Origin: Candidatus Micrarchaeota archaeon
GTDB lineage: Archaea > Micrarchaeota > Micrarchaeia > Norongarragalinales > SBBD01
Length of the DNA: 33,317 nt
NCBI GenBank assembly: GCA_038046605.1
Contig: JBBSVW010000069.1
Coordinates: 1-33,317 of the forward strand
Reading direction: 5' to 3'
Within the stretch, counting starts at the first letter, position 1; each line of letters starts with the position of its first letter. This document shows, piece after piece, positions 1 through 8,315 of the stretch. A model generated the notes under the pieces. That model saw only the letters and a list, made by a program, of their open reading frames with translations. It was not told the origin of the DNA and did no database searches. A program made the position numbers and the translations under genes.

Positions 1-54
1 AGAGGTAAAAACAGCTGAAAAGTAGTTAAATTGGTGCGTTTTTTAAGCAATCAC
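1..54. repeat. Dispersed repeat, copy A (copy B at 20190-20242)
   Basis: AGAGGTAAAAACAGC (15 bp) and TTTTTTAAGCAATCAC (16 bp) are identical to 20190-20242, with a 23 vs 22 nt divergent middle. Confidence 0.85.
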
Positions 55-298
55 CATACATTCCAACCTTAGCCATTGCATCTGCAAGCAATCGCCGCAG
101 CCATTGCGAAGAACAAGCACATATGCTCCGTCTATGGCAAACAGCAAAAGTAATGCAAGCAACCAAGAAAGTTGGAATGCGTATAAAATGGCACTTTCAG
201 AGCTGGAAAATGCGGCGTGATCAAAAGCGGCTCATTATGCCTTCCTGAAGAAAAGCCGCAAAACTTTCAAGACGCGCTATAAACGTTTATGCCAGTTG

Positions 299-3200
299 CT
301 ATACTGTAGTTTTCTTGACGGTCACGCTCCGGGGGATCCCGGCAGTGTCGATAAGGAGCATATTTCCCAGAACTGGAGCGGAGGTTGAGGGAATCAGCCG
401 GCTGAATTTTAAGCTTACAAGAACGCCGGAATTTACCTCCGAACTGCCATCCGATTTGAACAATCCCACTATGAGTTTTCCGGCAGCGGGTTGTTTGCTG
501 TAAATGTCAAAATTCAGGGTACTGGATGGTTTCGCCGCAGAGATGAAGCTGAATCGTTTTGAGTCATAATCAATCTGGAATTGGGAGGCTGTTGAAATAA
601 ACGGGCTTGAAAGCTTTACAGATATGGAAATCGTACCGTCCGCATTTATTGTCGGGGTTCCAAGAGTCGCAGAAGCGGTGCTTGGCTGGAGTGCGCTTGC
701 AGAAGACATTCCGCACGTGGGCTCCGGCTTACCTCTGAAGACATGGTTTATCAGCCCCACCGCATCCAATACATCGCTGATTATGCCGTCTCCGTTTATG
801 TCCGCGATCCATGCAGGGTCTGGTGGCGCCCCTCCCCTGAATGCTATGTTCACAATTCCTACGACGTCCAGAACATCCCTGCTGCCGTCGTTGTTCAAGT
901 CGCCGCACGCAGCGCCGAGAATAACTGATATCAGGACGGTTTCCGAGTCTGCTGCAAAGCCGTCCGTAACATTAAACACCACTGAATAATTGCCCGTATT
1001 ATTCACTTTAGGAGTCCAGTTGAAAAGGCCGGTTATCGGACTGAAACTGAATGCGCTTGGAAGGAGCGATGCGGCATTCGTTCCGAAAGTCAGTGCATTG
1101 TTGTCGGGATCTGACGCCGAAAGCTGGATAAGCAAGGTTTTAGTTACGTTTACTAACCTATTCCCCACCGGGTTAAGGACAGGCGGGTTGTTTGGCGCTG
1201 GAACATTCGTAAGGGGCGCGTAATCCCCCCCTCCAGTGATATTATTGCTGGCATTGTATGGAAGCTTCGTATCTCCCAACCCATCTCCATTTGCATCAAC
1301 GCCGGCATAATCATGCCAGAAGTTGCCCCCGGTCCAAGGGCCGCCGATTATGTTTTTCCCCGAGGTTCCCAGCAGGGATTCCTTTCCTATCTCGGCTGCT
1401 GAAAAAGCCCGCTTGTAGATCTTGACTTCGTCAATTGTCCCGTTGAAGGAATCCCAGGAGCTGCTGCCTAGTGTCAGGTAAACGGCTTTGTCGTTCATGA
1501 CCGTTGTATTTATGGCGGCAGTTCCAAGCAAGGCGCCATCTGCATAAATTTTATATGCGCCGCCTGCCAGGTCGCGGACAATGGCGACATGGTGGTATTC
1601 GTTATCGTTGTAAGTTGTTGTGCTCCAATAGTTTTGGCCATTAATGCCATCCCAAATTGCGAATTGTATCCTTCCCGAATCCAGCCTGATCAGGACGTAG
1701 TAGCTGCCATCCGCTGCGCCGTAAAGGACAAAGTCCTCATATCCTGTTGAATTTGCCCTTATCCACTGCATTATGGAAAAATTCCCTTTGAGGGGATCCC
1801 TCAGGCTCGGGGAATCCGCAATGGAGACGCGGTCGTCGATCCCGTCAAAACCCAAAGCCCCACCATATTTTCCGCCGGTCCACAAAGGCCCATTCACCAG
1901 TGTTCCATGGTTCCCATTGCCGCTGGAATCAGCTGCGGTATTCCCAGTTCCATCATCAAATCTCCAATAAGCCGCCAATCCGTCCTCGCTGAACGCCAAT
2001 TTTTTAGTGGTGTTCCATTTCGTGTTTGAAGAGCCGCCCCGTGCATTGGCCGTGTTGTTGAAGTAATTGTTGAAAATCAATAGGCCGCCGGGGTTGCCTT
2101 TCACCTCTATTCCCATATTGTTTTCTATGAAATAATTAGAGCTGACGTTCCCGCTCATGGAGCTGGTGATCCCGATTGAATTATTTTTGAAGGTATTGTT
2201 GTCCGCTTCAAAGGGGTAAAAGGAATCGTAAGGAAGCGTTATCCCCTTAACATTGAATTGGAAAGTGTTCCCGAGTATCTTTGGCGGGAAGGACGAACCT
2301 GCGTATATGCCTTCCGAATTCCGCAGGAACGTATTGCCGATTATCCTGCCGGGCGCATTGTAGTTGTGATAAACTATCCCCCTTGCATTGTCCGAGAAGG
2401 CATTCGACGTTATATCGGAATTATCCCAGCTTGAGTCGGCGGCATATTGGTTGTTGATGAATGAATTGTTGAATATAGTGCTATTGGAAGCGGAAGAGAA
2501 ATACAATCCGTAGGTGTTGTTCAGGAAGGTATTTCCCGCGAATGTCAGGTTGTTATGGCTGTTCGGGGAAGGCGCGCTCCAAACCGCTTGCGAATTATTG
2601 AGAAAATAATTCCCTCCGAAATTCGCGTTGGAAACGATGCCGGAGATCGCAAGGCCGTTGATGTTGTTGGAGAACGAATTGTGAAGGAACTCAATATAAG
2701 AAGCTCCGCCCCCGATAGTCATTCCATATCCGAGGTTGTTGGTTGCGGTGTTGTTCTCGATGGCGGCGGCTGGAGTGCCTGAATTGCTGATATAGAACCC
2801 ATCCTGGTTGTTGAAGTGCGCAACATTCCCCCTTATCGTGCTTCGGTTGCTATCCGCAATTATGCCGGTCCTGCCGTTGCGGGCTGCGTAATTTTCGAGC
2901 AGCATGTTTCCCGCCGAGGACACGACGATCCCATTAAAACTGTTATTTTGGGCCATGTTCCCCTTGATGAGGTGGTTGCCCGGCTCATTGCTGAAATAAT
3001 CAAAGTATATGTATATGCCATTCCCATAATTATCGTTTATGATGTTTTGCTCAATGGTGAGGTTTCCCGCCTTCGTAGGAAGCCTGCCGCCGGCAGTGTC
3101 CCACCCCGCAATATAAATTCCGCTCCCGGCATACGCATTCCACTCATTGTTATTGCTGAAGTTATTGCCCCTTATAACTGAATCATACGAGTCGGCGGCA

Positions 3201-4096
3201 AAAAGCCCTTCCGCGCCCCCATATGCGAGGTTATATTCGACGAGTGAATTTTTCGAAAACCTCAGCTGGATGGCTTGGCCGGTGTTTTTCGTATCCCATA
3301 GTCCCTTCGCACCCTGAATGAGGTTCAGGCGAATCCTTTCGTAGGCGCCTTCAGCATAAATCCCCACCGTCCTGTTTATGATGGAATTACCTTCAACGAG
3401 CGTGTAATTGGCCTGTATTTTTATCCCCGTATACCCATCATCAGAAAGCGCCCCGCTTATGATGGAATTGCCTAGGATCTGGTTGTTGATGCCGGAAGGG
3501 AAGCCGACATTGCTGATGCTTATGCGCCCATAGGTGGAGCCGCTTTTGAGGTAGTTGTCCTTAATCAGGTTATTCGTGGAATTCGTAAGCGTTATTGAAT
3601 ACGCATCGAAGAGGGAATTGTTTATGATTGCCGATGAGCCGGTGTTGGTAAAGGCCGCAGCCACCCGTGCGTAGGTCGGGTAGTTGGTCCCTCGGACCGT
3701 GCAGTTCCTTATTTCAATGCCGCTTCTGCCAGTGGCTGAAAAAACCGTCGCCGGCCCGCTGATAGTGAAACCACGGCAATCGAAGGTAACGTTGTTGGAC
3801 GAAAGCAAAAAGCACGTGCCGCCGGTGATATTTGTGAACGAGCCTGCCAGTTCGTAAGTGCCGGGAGAACTTATGGTAGCGCAGTTTGAAATCAGGGTGA
3901 CAATATGGGGTTCCTGAACTTGAAGGGAGGAATCAGCTGGCAAGGATTCGGGCGATGCGGCGAAAACTAAGGCGGCGAGAAGCAAGGATACGCCGATGAA
4001 TAAGACTGCCAATTTCCTATATCCGTCCACAACTTTCCCCGCAAACTGAAAACGCGTAGGAGTATACCGAGCAATAAAATTAAAAGGCTTGCGCAT
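299..4096 (-). CDS. Large secreted/surface protein: parallel beta-helix (NosD/PbH1-like) repeats, LamG-like jellyroll, Ig/cadherin-like domain, dockerin, C-terminal cohesin-like domain
   Basis: N-terminal hydrophobic segment; many NxFxNN/GI beta-helix repeats; LAAYWRFDD...GTIDEVKIY (LamG); NNPPVLNPVGN (Ig-like); paired Ca-binding loops GDLNNDGSRDVLD and ADINGDGIISDVLD (dockerin); ISVKL...QFQIDYD...GVLVSLKF (cohesin-like). Confidence 0.85.
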   Translation of the reverse strand: MRKPFNFIARYTPTRFQFAGKVVDGYRKLAVLFIGVSLLLAALVFAASPESLPADSSLQVQEPHIVTLISNCATISSPGTYELAGSFTNITGGTCFLLSSNNVTFDCRGFTISGPATVFSATGRSGIEIRNCTVRGTNYPTYARVAAAFTNTGSSAIINNSLFDAYSITLTNSTNNLIKDNYLKSGSTYGRISISNVGFPSGINNQILGNSIISGALSDDGYTGIKIQANYTLVEGNSIINRTVGIYAEGAYERIRLNLIQGAKGLWDTKNTGQAIQLRFSKNSLVEYNLAYGGAEGLFAADSYDSVIRGNNFSNNNEWNAYAGSGIYIAGWDTAGGRLPTKAGNLTIEQNIINDNYGNGIYIYFDYFSNEPGNHLIKGNMAQNNSFNGIVVSSAGNMLLENYAARNGRTGIIADSNRSTIRGNVAHFNNQDGFYISNSGTPAAAIENNTATNNLGYGMTIGGGASYIEFLHNSFSNNINGLAISGIVSNANFGGNYFLNNSQAVWSAPSPNSHNNLTFAGNTFLNNTYGLYFSSASNSTIFNNSFINNQYAADSSWDNSDITSNAFSDNARGIVYHNYNAPGRIIGNTFLRNSEGIYAGSSFPPKILGNTFQFNVKGITLPYDSFYPFEADNNTFKNNSIGITSSMSGNVSSNYFIENNMGIEVKGNPGGLLIFNNYFNNTANARGGSSNTKWNTTKKLAFSEDGLAAYWRFDDGTGNTAADSSGNGNHGTLVNGPLWTGGKYGGALGFDGIDDRVSIADSPSLRDPLKGNFSIMQWIRANSTGYEDFVLYGAADGSYYVLIRLDSGRIQFAIWDGINGQNYWSTTTYNDNEYHHVAIVRDLAGGAYKIYADGALLGTAAINTTVMNDKAVYLTLGSSSWDSFNGTIDEVKIYKRAFSAAEIGKESLLGTSGKNIIGGPWTGGNFWHDYAGVDANGDGLGDTKLPYNASNNITGGGDYAPLTNVPAPNNPPVLNPVGNRLVNVTKTLLIQLSASDPDNNALTFGTNAASLLPSAFSFSPITGLFNWTPKVNNTGNYSVVFNVTDGFAADSETVLISVILGAACGDLNNDGSRDVLDVVGIVNIAFRGGAPPDPAWIADINGDGIISDVLDAVGLINHVFRGKPEPTCGMSSASALQPSTASATLGTPTINADGTISISVKLSSPFISTASQFQIDYDSKRFSFISAAKPSSTLNFDIYSKQPAAGKLIVGLFKSDGSSEVNSGVLVSLKFSRLIPSTSAPVLGNMLLIDTAGIPRSVTVKKTTV

Positions 4097-4126
4097 TTTT
4101 TTGAGGGTTTAAAAACGGAATTTAAA

Positions 4127-4873
4127 TCAGCGGAATCCCTGAGATTTGTTCTTTGCGTTCAGGAGGTATTTGGCTGTCCCCTGCCTCCTTGCCGCAAAAC
4201 CGTCTGCAGATTCCTCCTCTGTCAGCAGGTCGTAGGATGGGACGGTGCGCGCAATTGGCGAGAAAACATTCATTATTGATGAGGATATCTTGAGCAGCGG
4301 CGATCTCCTTTGCAGGTGGCTAAGTTCGTGCAGCAAAACCGCCTCCAGTTCCTTCCTTGAGAATGTTTCAAGCATCCCAATTGAGAGGAAGACTGCGCAG
4401 TTCAGGCCGGAGACGCTGTAGGCAACGGGCTTTTGCGAATCGATTATCCGAAGGTTAGGGATTCGTATGCCCAGCTTTCGGGCTTCGGAACGCAAGAACC
4501 CATCGAACCTGCCGCTTCGCCTTGTCCCCAGCATGAAAAATAGCGGCAGCAGAAGCGAGCCAATTGCCATGGAGAAGATGATTGATAGGGGGAATAGCAA
4601 AAGCCCAAATCTTGCGATTGTCACCGGGCAGCCAAGGCCAGCTGAAATGCATGAGAGGGATGTTGCAAGCAGAAGCGCTGGGAATGAGATGAGCGCAAGA
4701 TGCGAATAGATGAGGAGCAAGCGCGGGCGGAAATTTAGGTTTGCGTCCCTTAGCTTGTAAATAACCAACAGCGCCAGGGCAAGCGAGAGGATGGTGAAAG
4801 TGACATTTGCCTGGTTCCCAATGAATGCGTCAATCCCAAAAACCAGATGATCCCACATTTCCAGCATAACCAT
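4127..4873 (-). CDS. M56/BlaR1-like membrane zinc metallopeptidase without a penicillin-binding domain
   Basis: Three N-terminal TM segments; ELEAVLLHELSHL (HExxH); EESAD; lies directly downstream of a BlaI-family gene. Confidence 0.85.
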   Translation of the reverse strand: MVMLEMWDHLVFGIDAFIGNQANVTFTILSLALALLVIYKLRDANLNFRPRLLLIYSHLALISFPALLLATSLSCISAGLGCPVTIARFGLLLFPLSIIFSMAIGSLLLPLFFMLGTRRSGRFDGFLRSEARKLGIRIPNLRIIDSQKPVAYSVSGLNCAVFLSIGMLETFSRKELEAVLLHELSHLQRRSPLLKISSSIMNVFSPIARTVPSYDLLTEEESADGFAARRQGTAKYLLNAKNKSQGFR

Positions 4874-4909
4874 AATCTAGTGCCCCACATATATATAGAT
4901 TTTGAAATG

Positions 4910-5278
4910 CTATTTTTTGTATTTCTCGTTGAAATAGCTCACGGCTGATGGGCCAAAGCGCTCGATTAGCCGGTCAACCGCCTGCTGCACAACTGATTTT
5001 TCGAATTCGCCTTTTGTTAGCCTTGCCGAATAAATATAATGGATGCCGCCCTTCCCCTTGATGATCTTCCTGCTTACGAGCTTTTTTTGGTAAAGCCTAT
5101 CCAGGCTCACCGCAACGGATGTGAGCGCGCATTTTCCCCGCATTTTGCCATGAAGGTCGCGAACTGTCATCTCGCCGCCCTCCCAGAGCTTGTTTAGCAT
5201 GTCGGATTCGAGCGGCGCCATCACCGTGTCGGCTGCAACATCGCCCTTGCCGAAGTCGATTTTCTTCAGTTTTACCAT
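4910..5278 (-). CDS. BlaI/MecI/CopY family transcriptional repressor (probable start 5278)
   Basis: PLESDMLNKLW...MTVRDL...ALTSV...LDRLYQKKLVSR...YIYSA winged-helix pattern; the upstream extension in the ORF track overlaps the promoter region. Confidence 0.88.
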   Translation of the reverse strand: MVKLKKIDFGKGDVAADTVMAPLESDMLNKLWEGGEMTVRDLHGKMRGKCALTSVAVSLDRLYQKKLVSRKIIKGKGGIHYIYSARLTKGEFEKSVVQQAVDRLIERFGPSAVSYFNEKYKK

Positions 5279-5347
5279 GCGGTTATTCTGTTTCCTCGAG
5301 TATATAAGCTTTTCCATTCTTGCAAAGCTTTTCATAAAAAGGAAACC

Positions 5348-5383
5348 TATATAAATCTTTAGCTTTACATAGTTTGTAAAGCT
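5348..5383 (+). promoter_or_regulatory. TATA box plus palindromic operator for the divergent metal operon
   Basis: TATATAAA at ~5348, preceded by a purine-rich BRE-like stretch; perfect inverted repeat AGCTTTACA-TAGTT-TGTAAAGCT (5361-5383) with TACA/TGTA half-sites typical of BlaI/CopY boxes. Confidence 0.7.
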
Positions 5384-5447
5384 TTTCAAGCGCTGGAACG
5401 AATCCGGTGGCGCTTGTTGGGCGATGGTTTCAAAAGAGGTGTTTTGA

Positions 5448-6281
5448 ATGGAAGAGCATCATGAGCACGGGAAGAAGGAGGGTTTGCCAACTTTGATGTA
5501 TGGCCTTATCATATTGCTGGTGGGATTGATGGCGTTCAACCAAGTGCAGATGGGAAATTTGCAGTCGGCGCACGCGAATTACCTGCTTTTTGCTAGTGGC
5601 CCCACAATAACCCTAGACGGCAGCAAGGCGCAAGGCGCCATCGCCCAGCAGCAATCATCTTTAGGGCAGCCGGGAGGAGCGCAAGTAGCCCAGGCTACAT
5701 CGGCGCCAATCCAGACTGCCTCGCAGTCCTCGCAAGTCTCCCTTGAATCGATTGCCGCAAAGGTCATTCCAACCGGTGTGCCTAAAATTTACGGTGCGGA
5801 GCTGGGAGTCACTTTTGCCGATCCCGTCAATTCAATGGCGGTCCTTGCAAAAATGGACGACGGCAACGGCATGCCCGACAAAACGATGAACGCGCGGTAC
5901 GTGAAAATAGGCTCCCAGATTGCATGCGAATATTGCTGCGGCGCGAACACGCTCGTATTCGAGACCGGCCAGGCGGCATGTGGCTGCGCCCATTCCTATG
6001 CGATGCGCGGGCTTGCAAAATACCTTATCTCGAAGCACGGGGCGGAATACACCGATGAGCAGATCCTGGAGGAGCTGGGCAAGTGGAAGACGATGTTCTT
6101 CCCCAAGCCGATATTGACCAAGGCGGTTGAATTCGCAACCGCCGGCAAGGACATAAACACCCTCGACCTCACAACGAATAAATTCCGGGGATTCAAGGCG
6201 CCCGCAGCTGCTCCGGCAACATCCGGAAGCTCGGGAGTTGCAAACATTGCAAACCTGCCCAACATGGTGGGAGGGTGCTGA
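5448..6281 (+). CDS. Membrane-anchored Cys-rich protein (CEYCC / CGCAH; CcmH/PCYCGC-like core) ending in LPNMVGGC
   Basis: GAGGTG RBS; His-rich N-terminus, one TM segment, Ala/Gln/Ser linker, Cys cluster, MRG...TDEQILEEL, C-terminal LPNMVGGC. Confidence 0.85.
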   Translation: MEEHHEHGKKEGLPTLMYGLIILLVGLMAFNQVQMGNLQSAHANYLLFASGPTITLDGSKAQGAIAQQQSSLGQPGGAQVAQATSAPIQTASQSSQVSLESIAAKVIPTGVPKIYGAELGVTFADPVNSMAVLAKMDDGNGMPDKTMNARYVKIGSQIACEYCCGANTLVFETGQAACGCAHSYAMRGLAKYLISKHGAEYTDEQILEELGKWKTMFFPKPILTKAVEFATAGKDINTLDLTTNKFRGFKAPAAAPATSGSSGVANIANLPNMVGGC

Positions 6282-6343
6282 AAAAAAGTGAATCGATGAA
6301 TGGCACAAAATGGGGTGGCATTTTTTTAGGGAATAAAAACCGA

Positions 6344-6365
6344 TTTTTTTGTTTTTTGTTTTTTT
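6344..6365 (+). terminator. Oligo-T tract, archaeal intrinsic terminator-like
   Basis: T7-G-T6-G-T7 downstream of the 5448-6281 gene. Confidence 0.45.
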
Positions 6366-6412
6366 GGAAACAGTTGGAATATAGCAGGAATGAATTTAAT
6401 TGAAAAGAGGCG

Positions 6413-6778
6413 ATGGAAATGGAAAGGATGACTTTGCTAACAGTGCTGCTTGGGCTTATGGTCGCGGTTACCGCGATGCAAACCCTCCAGCTAAACGGCC
6501 TGAATTCGGGCTTTGCGCAGCTTGCAGGCATAAAATCCGCCGGAGCGCAAATAACTGCGGGAAATGCGATTACAACTGGAAGCGCGCTTTCCGCGATACC
6601 CGCAGCCGGCGCTGCTGACGCCGAATACGAGAAAATGATGGACGAGATGCATCCCGGCTGGAGGCAGCAGCAAGGAGTCGCTGCGGCTCCCGCGGGAGTT
6701 GCGGCACCGGTGCAGGCACCCGCATCCGGAGCGCTCGCACAGATTGGCAATTTGCCAAACATGGTAGGCGGCTGCTAA
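6413..6778 (+). CDS. Small membrane-anchored protein with MMDEMHPG motif and C-terminal LPNMVGGC
   Basis: GAGGCG RBS; N-terminal TM segment; same C-terminal peptide as 5448-6281. Confidence 0.85.
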   Translation: MEMERMTLLTVLLGLMVAVTAMQTLQLNGLNSGFAQLAGIKSAGAQITAGNAITTGSALSAIPAAGAADAEYEKMMDEMHPGWRQQQGVAAAPAGVAAPVQAPASGALAQIGNLPNMVGGC

Positions 6779-6820
6779 AACGGCAACAGGAACGAAATCC
6801 CACAGAATCGGGAAACTTAG

Positions 6821-7405
6821 GTGATGGTCATGACCAGATTAGCTGCAGGCATATTTCTGATTGCATTGGTTTTGCAACTAGGAAGCGTGCTTGCGATAGA
6901 ATCAAAAACAGCGGTAATTTACAAGAACGAGGCGTGCGGCCACTGCGCGCCCTACCTGGAACAGCTTATGCCCCTCCTGCTAAAAGAAGGGTACCAGCCG
7001 GAAATTCGGGATTTCATCAACTCCCAGCAGGCGCGCGCCGAAATGGCTGAAATTCAGGATCGTTTTAGCGTGCCTTTGCAATATCGGGGGCACATGCTGG
7101 TTTTCCTGGATGGAAAATACCTGCTTGAAGGGCATTTGCCAATCAAGACCGTTGGGGAGTTGCTGACAAATCCCCCCGGCCAGCAGGTAATTCTTTACCA
7201 GGATTCCATGGGCGCCGCGACCACATACTTCATCGTCACCGGTGAAAATGCGATTGAAAAAAGCGTGAGCGAACCGTTTTCATTGTCTCTTTCGGGATTG
7301 GCGCCTTCCCCAAATGACATGGCTGGCATGCTCAATAATCCATGGTTCCTTCCGGGAATGTTGATGCTCGTCACTATCGCGCTTATTGCAAAATATGGAT
7401 TTTAA
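6821..7405 (+). CDS. Exported thioredoxin-fold CxxC protein, DUF411/CopG-like, with C-terminal membrane anchor
   Basis: Signal peptide; YKNEACGHC; VPLQYRGHM...LDGKYLLEGHLP resembles the DUF411 pattern VP..L.SCHT..VDGY.IEGHVP; C-terminal TM segment. Confidence 0.7.
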   Translation: MMVMTRLAAGIFLIALVLQLGSVLAIESKTAVIYKNEACGHCAPYLEQLMPLLLKEGYQPEIRDFINSQQARAEMAEIQDRFSVPLQYRGHMLVFLDGKYLLEGHLPIKTVGELLTNPPGQQVILYQDSMGAATTYFIVTGENAIEKSVSEPFSLSLSGLAPSPNDMAGMLNNPWFLPGMLMLVTIALIAKYGF

Positions 7406-7416
7406 CGGGTGTAAAA

Positions 7417-8166
7417 ATGATCCGGTTCATGCACAATAGGCTGCCGCTTTTTATGCTGGCATTCCTTGTACAATCCGTTTCCGCCATTACCGATGTGTCA
7501 AACCTGCTTCCGCTCATCATCACCAGCGGATTCCTTGACGGCATCCATCCATGCGGGCTTGCGGTGCTGTTCTTTTTCATCGCGCTCCTATTGATGATGA
7601 AAAAGCCAAGGAAGGAAATGCTCCTTATCGGGCTCGCTTACATTTTTGGCGTCTTCGTTGCCTACCTTTTGATTGGCATTGGCATCCTTAAGGTGTTCAC
7701 GTTCTTCCCAACGCACTTCATGGCCAAGCTTGGCGCATCCATGCTCCTAATTGTTGGCGCAATTTCAATCTGGGAGGGGCTATCCGGCAAGAAGGCATTC
7801 AAGCTTCCGTCAATTTCAAGGGGATGGATCGATTCGTGGCTTAGGAAATCCACTGCAACAGCTGCTCTTGTTGCCGGCTTTATTGTTGGAGTTTGCGCCT
7901 TCCCGTGCGCTGGCGGAATCTACGTTGCGATCCTTGGCATTATCGCCTCGAAATTCGCGTTCTGGGAGGGGATTGGTTACCTGCTCCTCTACAATGTAAT
8001 GTTCGTGATGCCGCTTATCCTGGTATTGCTGGTTTCAACAAATTCCAAAATCCTGCTCTCCATCGAGAGGATGGAAAAGGAGAACCGGAAGAAGCTGAAA
8101 TTGCTTTTGGGGGCGCTGATGATCATGCTTGCGCTTTTCATTTTGTTCGGAGGTGTTTTGCAATGA
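7417..8166 (+). CDS. ccdA: CcdA/DsbD-beta family thiol-disulfide membrane electron transporter (probable start 7417)
   Basis: About six TM segments; GFLDGIHPC and CAFPCAGGIY (the two PC motifs); YLLLYNVMFVMPL. Confidence 0.85.
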   Translation: MIRFMHNRLPLFMLAFLVQSVSAITDVSNLLPLIITSGFLDGIHPCGLAVLFFFIALLLMMKKPRKEMLLIGLAYIFGVFVAYLLIGIGILKVFTFFPTHFMAKLGASMLLIVGAISIWEGLSGKKAFKLPSISRGWIDSWLRKSTATAALVAGFIVGVCAFPCAGGIYVAILGIIASKFAFWEGIGYLLLYNVMFVMPLILVLLVSTNSKILLSIERMEKENRKKLKLLLGALMIMLALFILFGGVLQ

Positions 8167-8315
8167 CCATTTGCATGAATATTGGTTTGGAAAAATGGAA
8201 TGTGCCGGTTTGCAGCAATGGAGCATCCGTCATTCCCTCATTTCCCATTCCAGAATCTTCCATGCGCTTCCAGAGGCAATTCCATTTTGCATTTTCGAGG
8301 TGCCCTAAGTTATGA
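8163..8315 (+). CDS. Possible 50-aa ORF (MTICMNIG...RCPKL) or duplication scar, overlapping both neighbours via ATGA
   Basis: GGAGGTG RBS at 8149; ATGA overlaps at both ends; no recognisable motif. Confidence 0.3.
   Translation: MTICMNIGLEKWNVPVCSNGASVIPSFPIPESSMRFQRQFHFAFSRCPKL

Noticed and set aside
44-232. Minus-strand open stretch with a hydrophobic segment and CGDC
   Set aside because: Preceded by in-frame stops with no convincing start or RBS, and the frame is not conserved in the second repeat copy
4127-5278. Beta-lactam resistance regulation
   Set aside because: No penicillin-binding sensor domain or beta-lactamase, and the host appears archaeal
6270-6299. Selenocysteine read-through (GGC-TGA giving GGCU)
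   Set aside because: The second protein with the same tail ends GGC-TAA, and no SECIS-like element or Sec machinery is evident in the window
5448-8166. A bona fide cytochrome c maturation operon
   Set aside because: No CcmC/E/F or CcsA/B heme lyase and no cytochrome c gene in the window; the context is copper handling
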